Made by a program: the position numbers and the translations under genes. Of a DNA stretch of 64,000 bases, positions 1 through 10,964 are shown one piece after another. Positions within the stretch are counted from its first letter, which is position 1, and each line of letters starts with the position of its first letter. The notes beneath the pieces were generated by a model. That model was not told the DNA's origin. It saw nothing but the letters and a program-made list of their open reading frames with translations, and did not search any database. The DNA is from Fistulifera solaris (taxonomy: Eukaryota), in the NCBI GenBank assembly GCA_030295235.1, contig AP026147.1:558001-622000 (forward strand). The letters are read 5' to 3'.

Positions 1-24
1 CTCTTGTTCCTTTAATTTGACATA

Positions 25-1419
25 TTGATCATGATGTTTACTAGACTAGTAGTGGCTGCCGCCTTGCAAGCGTCGCTGGTTGCAGGCTTTCAGCCGACTT
101 CACCGGCTCTTCGTCATTCGTCATCAAAGACATTGTCGGCCGTCGTCGTCAACACGCCACAGGAAAGCCCACTGTCGACACTACCAAAAGAAGGCATGCT
201 GATGGATTTGCAAGGAATCGCCTTTTCCGGCTTGAAAGGCCAGGCATTGACTATAAAGCATGAAGACTTCCCGAAGGGTGCCGATCTCCGCGCCGTCATC
301 CCCAAAGACTGTTTCGAACCCGACACGGCCAAGTCTCTGGGTTATTTGACGGTGTCTACTATCGGAACTGCCCTCTGCACAGCCATCGGTGTCAGCATGC
401 TACAGGTACTACCACCAGCAAATCCTTTGACGTGGCCCATTTGGGCGGCTTACTCGGCTATCACCGGTACGGTCGCCATGGGCTTGTGGGTGTTGGCGCA
501 TGAGTGCGGTCACGGCGCCTTTTCGAAGAACAAAAAGCTTCAAGATGCCGTGGGATATACCATTCACAGTATCATGTTAGTACCATATTACTCGTGGCAG
601 CGATCTCATGCCGTTCATCATCAGTACACGAATCATGTCGAATTGGGCGAAACGCACGTTCCGGAACTTTCGGCCAGTCGAGAGGAAGGCTCCCTCGGCA
701 AACGACAAGCCTTCATCAAGACATTCGGAGAGAAAAATGGAATTCGCGCTTGGGGTGTCTACCAACTCTTTATGCATCTCGTGCTTGGATGGCCCGCGTA
801 CCTCTTGATTGGGGCGACCGGAGGTCATGCTCGCGGTATGACCAATCACTTTTACCCCGAGCCTCTTACCACTCCCGATCAGCCGAAGAAGGAACTCTTC
901 CCTGGTAACTGGAAAGAAAAGGTCTATCAATCGGACATCGGAATCGCTGCTACAGTCGCTGCTGTCGCTGCCTGGGCACTCTGCAATGGACTTCCCCAGG
1001 TCATGGCTCTTTACGGCGGACCATTGCTCGTCGTCAATGCGTGGTTGGTCACCTACACATGGTTGCAACACACCGATGTTGATGTTCCTCACTTTTCGGA
1101 CGATAAGCACAACTTTGTGAAGGGAGCATTGCATACCATTGACCGACCATATGACAAACTCGACCCGTGGGGCATTATTGATTTCTTACATCATAAGATT
1201 GGTACTACCCATGTGGCACATCATTTTGACAGCACGATTCCTCATTACAAGGCCCAAGCAGCCACCGATGCTATCAAAGAAAACTTTCCCGAATATTACT
1301 TGTACGAACCAACTCCAATTCCTCAAGCGCTTTGGCGGGTTGCCAAAGGATGCTCTGCCGTTGAGAAACGCGGCGATTCCTGGGTCTTTGTCAACGAAGG
1401 CTTGGAAGATAAGCTTTAA
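25..1419 (+). CDS. Plastid-targeted membrane fatty acid desaturase, delta-12/omega-3 (FAD2/FAD3-like) family
   Basis: Three His boxes HECGH, HAVHH and HVAHH. Signal peptide followed by ..VAG-FQP bipartite plastid-targeting-like motif. Intronless 464-aa ORF. Confidence 0.93.
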   Translation: MIMMFTRLVVAAALQASLVAGFQPTSPALRHSSSKTLSAVVVNTPQESPLSTLPKEGMLMDLQGIAFSGLKGQALTIKHEDFPKGADLRAVIPKDCFEPDTAKSLGYLTVSTIGTALCTAIGVSMLQVLPPANPLTWPIWAAYSAITGTVAMGLWVLAHECGHGAFSKNKKLQDAVGYTIHSIMLVPYYSWQRSHAVHHQYTNHVELGETHVPELSASREEGSLGKRQAFIKTFGEKNGIRAWGVYQLFMHLVLGWPAYLLIGATGGHARGMTNHFYPEPLTTPDQPKKELFPGNWKEKVYQSDIGIAATVAAVAAWALCNGLPQVMALYGGPLLVVNAWLVTYTWLQHTDVDVPHFSDDKHNFVKGALHTIDRPYDKLDPWGIIDFLHHKIGTTHVAHHFDSTIPHYKAQAATDAIKENFPEYYLYEPTPIPQALWRVAKGCSAVEKRGDSWVFVNEGLEDKL

Positions 1420-1866
1420 ATAAGTCTATAACTTAGATATCTGGTATCTAACCGTATTGCGTGATGCATCCGAGTACAATTTAGGAGAATTCGCACGAAT
1501 CGGTAATTATTTGCCGCTAGATTAAACCAGTGGGATCGACGTGCGTTTCTCCAATGAAACAGTATAAAGCTACTTCTGGAGTTTTGAAAGAGTCCATCTG
1601 ACGAATGAATAGGATCTGCCACAATTGGTGATCCGCGACACAAATCTCCGAGTTGTTCTTCGATTCACACGAAGCACAAACATAAATATCCTTTGGAGTA
1701 CATCGCTAACCACAAAGCTTAATCACTCTGTTAACTTAAAAGAAGGAAATGATTTTTTCAAATTCCGCTCTTATGCGTTGTAGCTGAATCGACAACTTGA
1801 TCTTTGTTTCCGATTATAACAAGCCTGGAATGTCCCCCCTATACAACTGCTTCATTATTGTCCATA

Positions 1867-2965
1867 CTAAAATAAGTATTCAATGTGTGACCACTGACCG
1901 ATTCTTTTTTTTGTTTGTTTGCCATCACTTGCATTAGAAACCTCGATTTGGTCGACTTCATGTTGATCCATCAATACCTCGTAAGAAGTAAGAATGACTT
2001 CCCAAAGGGAGCATCGGCTGGAGCTTTGGTCCATCCGAGCTTCCATGATACGATGCAGTAAATTGCGACCACAGCGCCCTCCGCCAATCCGTACATGAAA
2101 GCTATAGTCAAGTGGGTGAGCAAATGTAGAAACAAACCAAAGACGTAATCGAATGAACAAAGCACTTACGAACTCCCATTGCCTCTGTCAACTCCACCCC
2201 CTGAAACATGGTGAGCGCCAACGATGTGCCGATACCAACATTCTGATAGCAGCATTCAATGGCGACCGTCATTCTCTCCGGTGGTTTTAAATTGATCGAC
2301 GCGGCAATAATATTGGCCAAGATAACACCCCCTACACAAGGTATTAGCACTGCCACATAAAAACTCCAATCGCGGGCCCAAATTTTGCTATCGGCGTCTC
2401 CCGAGTTCGTCATAGTAGCGGAAAACAAAATAAGACACAAGCCCGAAGCATTTCCCAAGCGGTTTGCCATTTGTTTGAACGAGTCGGATTGTGATTTGGC
2501 ACTGCAATATAATCCGGCCGAGATTGCTGTTATTACCAGCGCTAATGCGGATAACAGTGGCGCCCATTCCAAGTTTGATACAACGTCATCGTTGTACGCC
2601 AGAGTGGTGTAAATGAGCAAATTCACTGGCAACATGACGATGGACAGGAAAGTGCTGATGGCGGTCATCGAAACGCTCAAGGCCAAGTCGGCATTGAACA
2701 AAGAAGCGAACCAATTCGAGTACGATCCGCCTGGCGAACTAGTTACAATTAAGAGGGTCAATCCAACAGCGTGACTGAGAGTGAGGGTTTTGACCATAAT
2801 GAAGCCGAGCATCGGAAGCACCAGGAACTGGCAGAACATGCCGGTGGCGAGTGCTTTGTAATTCCGTAATTGCGAACGCACAGATCGGATTTCCACCGTC
2901 GCACTCATACCGAATACGAGTGAAAACAGCAGCAGATTGCTGGCGATGGTTAGTAAATCTACCAT
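1867..2965 (-). CDS. Bile acid:Na+ symporter (SBF/SLC10) family transporter
   Basis: Multi-TM ORF with SSPGGSYSN and ECCYQNVG motifs. GT-AG intron 2102-2169 joins MGV|PFMYGLAEG. Apparent homopolymer frameshift near 2005 (APF-WEVIL). True stop may be at 1839. Confidence 0.85.
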
Positions 2966-3312
2966 GGTGTTATTTTAAGATGATAAGCTACAGGGTCGAT
3001 GAATGAATACTAACACATCCGCAGTGTTTGCTTTTGCGTTTTTGTGTTTTGGCGCCAACGCTGCAAACGCTCACGACATAAGTAGAAAACATCAACGGAA
3101 GCCTGCTTACCGTTGGAGGCCTAAGTAAAAATTCAACCTCGTTCGTGTCAAAAACGGGGGGAGAAACAACAGTCCCGTGATATTGGGTCCCGGATGCACG
3201 ATGTTGACCGCAAACGCAAAAAAAACATAAGCCTGCGAGATCTTCCGGGTCGCTGATCATATCACAAATGTCAAAAGAACATCGATAAGGAAAAAAACAT
3301 GTTCAAATAATT

Positions 3313-4125
3313 TTATATCGAATCAAAAAGCCAAGTCGCCATGATCTCCCTCATGGCCTCACACGCCAGACCCTGAAGACCCTTGAGCTGCTTCTCGGTA
3401 ATGTCATGTCGAGGCTTCATATCAATCACACAAACAGTACCGAGATGATTTCCTTCCGGTGATGTTACCCGGGCACCCGCGTAAAAGCGAATTTTCAGTC
3501 CGTCGGCCACCAACGGGTTGTTCGCAAAGCGAGGATCCTGCGTGGCATCCCGTACGACCATCAGGCCATCATTCGTCTCGATGGCGTGTGCACAAAACGC
3601 ACAGCTGCGTGGCGTTTCTGTAACACCCGCATCCAAGCCGGTGGAGCTGACGAAATGTTGTCGTCCGGCGTCCACCATGCTAATGACCGCGATGGGCACA
3701 TCAAAGAGTTTCTTGGCGGCGTCGACGATGCGTTGAAACTCGGGAGCGAGAGCTGTTTGGAATACCTCGTCTTCGGTGATGCGATCCAGAACGTTGTATG
3801 ACTTGAGTTTCATGAGACGTTCCGCTTCTTTCTTGGCCTCCTGCTTTGAGCAAGTCTTGGAGTCCAGACTGGTCAAATACCAACCGAAGTGTTGCTGGTC
3901 CGGTGTACGCATGTCTTGATTCAACAAACGCATGAGACTGTTCTTGTCCTTATAGTCTTTGACAGTCATAGAGGACGGTTTCGTGGTCTCTTCGTTAGTT
4001 TGGGAAGCGGGCGGCTCCTCTTGAAAAAGGCCGCGCTCCGCCATGAGCCTAGTTAGCAAGGCCCATTCTGATTCATCCCAGTGAGAGGAATCGGTAGATC
4101 GGATAGAAGAGGAACGAGGCGCCAT
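3313..4125 (-). CDS. Stand-alone GAF-domain protein
   Basis: Typical GAF motifs RLMKLKSYNVLD, ETPRSCAFCAHAI, DATQDPRFANNPLV, IRFYAGA, GTVCVID. ATG at 4125 (MAPRSSS) preferred over the track's upstream non-ATG start. Confidence 0.85.
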   Translation of the reverse strand: MAPRSSSIRSTDSSHWDESEWALLTRLMAERGLFQEEPPASQTNEETTKPSSMTVKDYKDKNSLMRLLNQDMRTPDQQHFGWYLTSLDSKTCSKQEAKKEAERLMKLKSYNVLDRITEDEVFQTALAPEFQRIVDAAKKLFDVPIAVISMVDAGRQHFVSSTGLDAGVTETPRSCAFCAHAIETNDGLMVVRDATQDPRFANNPLVADGLKIRFYAGARVTSPEGNHLGTVCVIDMKPRHDITEKQLKGLQGLACEAMREIMATWLFDSI

Positions 4126-4625
4126 CCTTGAAAATGTTGTGAAGTGGAATGTGGACGGACGTGTTTTGCTTGCTTGATAGATTGTTGCCTTTTTTGAGCG
4201 GAAGTTGAGCACGTGCAAAGTTAAGAGATAAGAAAGCGGCACGGCCGAGAGAAAGAGAGAATTGAATTCGGGACGTGCGAACGGGCCCTTCAAGATTCGC
4301 AAGATATCTTATAGCGCCCGAAGTACAGCGATTAAAGGTTGGAAGAATGGTATAGACAAAATAGTATGTAGTCTTTCTTGTAATCGTGAAGGATTGCATC
4401 TTCAGCGTTCTTTGTTCTTATTTAATTTTGGTTTCTAACTTCTGTCTTGCATTCGGTCTCGGACAGCTGACGTGGATTAGCTATTAGCTTTTTAACTTGC
4501 TATGGCTGCGGGAAGGAATATGCATCATCTACACTAGTCATTCCATTTTCTACTCCGTCACGCCGTCGTATATATATAACATATTACCTGTTACTTACTT
4601 TGTACAAACTACAGTGAGTGTGCAA

Positions 4626-4652
4626 CGTGACACGTGACACGTGACACGTGAC
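4626..4652. repeat. Tandem 7-bp repeat (CACGTGA)n containing G-box/E-box CACGTG
   Basis: acgtgacacgtgacacgtgacacgtgac read directly, about 500 bp upstream of the GAF gene. Confidence 0.75.
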
Positions 4653-4769
4653 TCTAGGTACTCTCTTTCTCTCTACAATAAGGTTGACAGTTGACAAGTA
4701 TTATTTTGAAAATACTCCGTAAATTATTAGTGTCTTGCTTATCCCTCGTTCTTTGTCCCTCAAGCCTCA

Positions 4770-5791
4770 GGCATTGGCCATTGGTGACGCAAAAAAGAGT
4801 AAAGTACTCCGTAGAAGAAAAGAGACCGGTTCTCAACTCAAAACGTACGCTCGGACAGACGAATTTTTCAGCCTTGGCCGTATAGGTACCAGGGTAAAAC
4901 GCTCAAAAAAAACGAAAAGGACGAAAAACCGAAAAATAAAAAACTAGTGATTCAATCGTAGGAGTCGTATCTACTTAAGGCTCTGTAATGAAGGTGAATA
5001 ACTGCATCAAAACGAGTCTTATGATAATAAAAACCCGCCTACATATTTATATTTGCTCATCTGAAATGTGAGGGAAATCGCATCAAGAAAAGGCATATTG
5101 GGTGAGTTGTATGTCGCCAAAGTATCAGAGGGTGTTCGAAGCAATAGCAGGACCTTCTGTTAGCGTGAAACGAAAGCTTTAACCAAAGTCTGTGCTTTCC
5201 CTCCCTCTCTTTTGTAGCTTTGTATTATATTGAAGTGATATTGAGAAGAATTGGTCACGAGAGAATGATTTTCATAAATAATGAAGCCTTTAACAACTGG
5301 TCGACGACAGTGCTTTGGAGGGGGCCCTTTTTACCCGCTTCATACAAAACGAACACGATATCTAACCTTTTCGAGTATAGACTTTGCTTCCAGATAGTGA
5401 TAGACGACACAGCGCTAGGCAATCATGTCAATTGGGTGACTTTTAGGAAAGTTACAGCTCAAAAGTGCATCCTTTCGGGCTGTTTCACCGCTAGCGGTTT
5501 TGAGCAAAGTAAAAGGTATCATAAGGTCCGCTATATAATTTTTTTATAAAATACAATGAAGAAGCGTGTCAATCGGATAAAATTTGATTAAGATATTGTA
5601 CAACAAGTGCTGTCTTTCGTTTTGGTTGCAACTTGATTTTTTCAACTTGACATTTTCAAAAACTCCCGCTCAACATTTTTGGCCGGGAGTTCCCAGCCCA
5701 AAAAAATGAAGTTTGCTGACGTGGATGACCCGAATAGAAAAATTTAACTCGTTTTTTCACAATTTTTTTTCGTTCACCAATGGCCAATGCC
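4770..5791. mobile_element. Non-autonomous TIR DNA transposon, PIF/Harbinger (Tourist)-like
   Basis: Perfect 18-bp TIR GGCATTGGCCATTGGTGA at 4770-4787 and its reverse complement at 5774-5791. 3-bp TCA duplication at 4767-4769 and 5792-5794. AT-rich interior with no transposase ORF. Confidence 0.82.
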
Positions 5792-6236
5792 TCAAGCTAG
5801 ATGTTTCTACTTTTCTACAAGAGCTTCTCATTGCTCAGCTCAGATTTAGGTTTTGGTTTTAAGTTACGATTTTGTGTCTATTTTGCTATTTTGCTCTTGA
5901 AAATTTGTAATAGATCTACAATTTACTTTTGATCGACAATCTTCAGTTTCTGTTTCCGCTTTCTCGGTCCTTGACATCGTGGTTCGAGACGGGAAGTCAA
6001 GCAAGGAACCCTCGACGATTGGTAGAGAGGCTCTAGCTCGAAGAGCCAACAGTGAAGTGAACAGCGAAGTAGTAGCTTAAAGGAGGAACCGGGAAGACGA
6101 AGACAAGATATGCTACTAAAGTAAAGGGACGAGAAAAGAAGGTAAAATTTTTTGCTTGCCAGAGAAAGAACAAGTCTATTTACAAGAAGTATGTGATTTG
6201 CAAAATTTACGTTGCTGCCTCCTTCTAAAACAAACA

Positions 6237-8628
6237 CTAATCTGTCTTCTTTTTCTCTGCGTTCGTAGTTTCGATAGAAGTGCCATCGCCACCTTCCATA
6301 GGCCGTGACGTATCCACAGGATAAAGCCATCGTTGGTAGAGATAAATAAAGAACACGACATCGTCACGGAAACAACTGATGCGTGCCATCGTCGGCATCC
6401 GAATGATGAAAGAGAAAAGGTCGTCAATGAATGTGTTGAGACTTTTGTAAATTAGAACGCGCCAAGGCAGGTGAGCAACACTCTTGAGTTTGTAATTCAA
6501 GAACAGCTGGGGCGTCATGAGAACAAAGCCCAATGCATACACAGCCGAAGAGGCGGAAGTCACGACCCAAGAATACCACCCGGAGTGTTCTTGGTAAACA
6601 AAAGAATACAGAGTATACCCCAAAACAAGCGGGAGCAAGATGCTTCCCAACCTTCGAGTGGCCATACGATCCGCTTCCATACTCATCTGCGACACTTCTT
6701 GCTTTTTCTTTGCTGCCGCGTCGCCCTCTTTATCGGCAGCTTCTTTGTCCGCCGCAATCGTATCGAGGCGTACGGCCCGCAACTCGTACCCGAAAAGGGA
6801 AGGGAGCCAGTTCCACCACGCGATCGATGTACCATGAGTGCGGCGACAAAATTGAAGACCCGCGGCCCGTCGACATTTCCATAGGGCAATGAGACAGCCA
6901 ATGGCACTTGGAATCGTCATCAGTAGTGAGCTATCCTTTTCAATCAGAAACAGTAAAATAACAGTTTGTCCGATTGTGTCGAGGAATAAGGATCGTACAC
7001 TGAGACCGGTCAAATCCTTGTTGTTGCGCCAGAAAGACACCTCATTCTTGAACGTCAGGAACTCGAACAGCATGTGCAAAGCAGAGAAGAGTAACGTAAC
7101 ACCCAACAAGGTGACATTCGTGTCAGCAATGAGCCGGCGTACATCGTCTATATCTTCCTGTTGAAATCCCAACTCCTTTTGAGCCTCAAGTGCTTCTCCA
7201 AAATGAGACAACAATCTCCATCGAGCAGGACTCATTCCTCCCGCTGTAGCTGTACTTGCTTTAGGCTTGTGGTCGATATCGCTACGATCAAACGACACTC
7301 GCAGCGGCAAACTCGTTACTGTTTCGTTCAAGGGAATGTACTTTTCACTGGTCAAACCAATCTCGTCAACGTGCAACACAGGTGCAAACGCCAAGCCCGT
7401 GGGATGATCTTTCGACTTCTGCAATCGAACAATGGGCATTCCTGATGCATGAGCCAAGTCCTGGGGGTACGATTCGTCTTCATTCACAAGCTTGATCGCG
7501 ACTTCCGGTTTCCAGTACGGATAGCCAACTCCTTTTTCTTTCATGTCCAACATGTTGTGATAATCCCGATATTCGCTCGGTTTGAAGTGCTCCATATCCC
7601 ATGGCTTCCAAGCCTTCGTATCTCCCAATACGTATCGTTTCCACATGTAAACAAGGTCGTGAAACAGAATTCGTCCGGGTTTGGCAATGTGATGCGGCTT
7701 GTCGTATTTCACCATTTGCACATCGCCCAACTGTAGGGAATGAGTTCGTTGAGCGCGTTGCAACGTTGACTGGATGGTGTTTCGGGATTCGGGCGGCCAC
7801 ACAAAATCTCGATCCGTTCGTACCAGTAGGGCATGTACGTACACGGTGGAATTGGAGACCAAATGTCGCCAGATACTCGAATCGGGCGTCAATTGAATGG
7901 TCGATCGCAGCTGTAGAAGTGTCGTTGGCGCATCCGTTTCGTCGTCTGAAATAATAGAGAGTAGTACCATGACTTTCTTCATATTTTTCATTATGGAATT
8001 GTAGATCGTCAAGAGGAAACTAGTCGATTCTATCCCATGTCCTGCTGCCGACATGACCGATAAGACTCCATCATCACTCTCCGATGCCACGCGTTCGGCC
8101 TCATCAATCCAAGAAACGGCGGTCTTATACGATGAATCGGCAGTATCACACGACAGCGAACCATCGCAGTTTAAAGTCGTGAGCAGAAACGATTTAGAAA
8201 AAGCGGGAAAGTGCAACTTTTCACTCAATAGTAGTTGCACATCCGGATTCATGACTGTATCTTCTTCCTCGTTATTACTCAAAGGCACCGATTCTAAGAG
8301 AAACGACCTAGAAAATTGTTTTTGTGTCGAAAGATACACTTCTAAATGAAGATCGGATGCTTTCGACCACAGCGGACGAATAAACGTGTCAGATGGAAAG
8401 GTCGAAATATCAATGAACGAAAGGGGGAAACATGAGGCGACTCAAATTCAAAGCCGCCATGCCCACATAGAAAGTCATGAGTAGCTGCGAGACAGAGAGG
8501 AATATAGTCAATCGCGGGTTAGTCAATTCATGTTCAAGCGATTGCGCGGTTCGGTCTAATACGTACAGTCGCAACATTAGAAGTCGAGAAGATTGACGAC
8601 AAAAGGTTCTTCTTTCTTGCAGGGGCAT
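6237..8628 (-). CDS. CLPTM1: CLPTM1-family membrane protein (lipid scramblase-like)
   Basis: Signature PQLFLNYKLKSVAHLPW...YKSLNTFIDDLFSFIIRMP and FEFLTFKNEVSFW. 5' part reconstructed from ATG 8628 with a short intron (~8487-8566) and homopolymer frameshifts (e.g. G5 at 8423-8427). Confidence 0.88.
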
Positions 8629-9111
8629 TCTCGAGCTTTCTTTCGTCAGTTTGCATAATAAAAGTGCTTTGCTTCTAAAGATCTCTTGTTTGACTCGTTG
8701 ACTACACTGTACCGGGTACTCCGTATTAAGATTCGCCGCTTTGTTACCTTTCACGCATCATTTTTGTTTGACCATCATTGTCGATCACGAGACGTCGTCG
8801 CAAGTAAGTTTCGCGAAAAATAATGAAGAGTCGTTGTGCCGACGGACGGACGTTCGCAATACAGCAAAAGCTACAATATAATAATTGTAAACCGTTAACC
8901 CTACACGGATTACCAATTCGTTCTATACGGCTAAGGCATTCTGCGGCTGCCTCCAACTTTGAATGTAACAACAAAGTCAGCGATTGAATGATAGGCCGCA
9001 CAGACTATTAAGGTAAACAACCATTTTTCGCATTTGTAAATCAAACTGTGCGCGATTCTGCTATAGTAACGTGAACTCCAAAAGACTCCCCACAACATGT
9101 GTTTTTGTATC

Positions 9112-10080
9112 TCACATTATTTTAACATCCATCAAATAATATAAACTAAACCTTATTTCCTTTTGGACAAATGTGCCAGATACCATAACATCCCCGTCGC
9201 CGAAACAGCTCCCACCACCATTCCGGTTCCCAACCACAGCAGAGCACTCACCACCGAGTTCGTCCCACCCTCTCCCTGATCCAACGGCACCAGTCGTTGC
9301 CACTGACCGATACTGCTACTGATTCCTTCTTCGTGACAGTTCGCCACTAATTCGTTTTGCAATTGTACCAATCTTCGATACGGGTGATAATACCAGCACT
9401 GGAATTGACCTTCCCAATATTCCAAAATTAGAGAGTCTTCCAAAAAATGCAAAATGTGCGGATAGAATGGATCAATCTGTGTCGACATGCGATGTGATGT
9501 ATCGGCAAGACGTAGGGCAAGTTGTGAGTGCAAGCTAGTTTAGCGACGACACTGAATTTACATCTTGAAGGACTCACCTGAAAAAGGTACCCGCACCATA
9601 CACCGTCTTGGTTGTCCCTTCCTGTTCCAATAACCATAATTCGACGTTTCCTTTGACAACAAACGTAAATGTTTTATGATTGTGCAAATATCCCGATCGC
9701 ATGACATCTTTCTTGGAAAATAACATGTTAATGCGTGTCCCACCGACACGGAAACGATGAATTTCACCTCGATCATCGACGTAGATGGAGGGGACGGGGC
9801 TGTTGGCGATGCGACCCGGTCCCTCACTAACATGAGGACTTTCCAGCACTTTCTCTGTTCCGACGTCGACATATTCTGTGGCGACGAAAGAATCAAGGAG
9901 GCCGATGATGATTAGTACTCGAAGAAAGATACCCGACGACACTCGCACAATAAGCCAGTTTCAACTCTGTGAAGAGGGCTGAAAGCACAACGTACCTTCC
10001 ACCTTAACCATACCCTCCAGTGGATCCTTTTGTTTGGTAAATTCTAAAGCGGCGGATCGTTGTTTCTTGTCAAGGACCAT
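9112..10080 (-). CDS. RmlC-like cupin-domain protein with C-terminal TM helix, multi-exon
   Basis: Exon 1 MVLDKKQ...KVE from ATG 10080 splices to EYVDV. Cupin-like DDRGEI...RSGYLH...PHILHFLED. Second intron 9477-9577. Exact 3' end (9112 or 9153) uncertain. Confidence 0.6.
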
Positions 10081-10555
10081 CTTTTTTGAGAGCCTTCTTC
10101 GTGTCCGTCTTGTGTACCTTGTGCCGAGGCGCTCTTAGCCGCGATAACTGCGAAGTTTAGCTTTGATATTCACAACAGCAATTACCAAACAAAGTCAATT
10201 ATTCTCAAGGCAGAATATTCTTTATTCTTGTGCTGAAAGCGAACTCTTTTGCATGCTGCTCTGCGAAGGTTCGGCAAAACGACGAAATCCTTTATTCGCT
10301 CGATAACTTCACGCCGATAAGGTTAGCGTTATAAAGCTTCACCATCACACCATCACTATATAAAATAAAAATTCTGCTGCATTTCAGTCATGATTGATTA
10401 TCCCGGGCCAATAAGTGCTGCTTATTCTCCCTTAGTTTTAAAAAAGATTGGTGAACTCCACTTGTTATTGTTGCAGTTGTATTACCTGCGGCATCATTTT
10501 TCGACTGTCGATTGTGGATGTCGAAGATCAGTGCAGATCGAAGTGAGCCAAATTT

Positions 10556-10608
10556 ACTATAGCCTTTAGTGTTGGTTTACAGAAAACACGACTGCATTTC
10601 AGTCATGA
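10556..10608 (-). repeat. Copy of dispersed ~53-bp composite element
   Basis: Reverse complement reads TCATGACTGAAATGCAGTCGTGTTTTCTGTAAACCAACACTAAAGGCTATAGT. A shorter copy lies at ~10353-10393. Confidence 0.7.
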
Positions 10609-10964
10609 GTCATGAGGTCAAGCTAACGACTTTATCGGGGGATCAATTACTACTCATAGTGCTTACACGTACGATGATCTTGATTAGTCTATTCTAGAAG
10701 ACTTCATTGCGTGAGAAGCATTGGAAGAGTTCGTCTGCGATGAACAAACATATGTATCTATGTCGAGTATCGTTTCTCTTGTTCTGTGCGAGTATTTTTG
10801 TGACAAAAAACGTTGGTCACCTCGCTCCTCATTAATTAATTCGGCGAAAACCAAACTTTCCGAAGGAATCTCACACCGCGACGTCATCAAACGAGAGAAT
10901 CATGTTCAACGAAAAGCCCAATCGTTCTATACATGTATTTCGTTGCCCCCTTCCATCACTGCTG

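Noticed and set aside
5220..5549. 109-aa ORF inside the TIR element as a transposase remnant
   Set aside because: Non-ATG start, AT-rich, and no DDE or Myb motifs.
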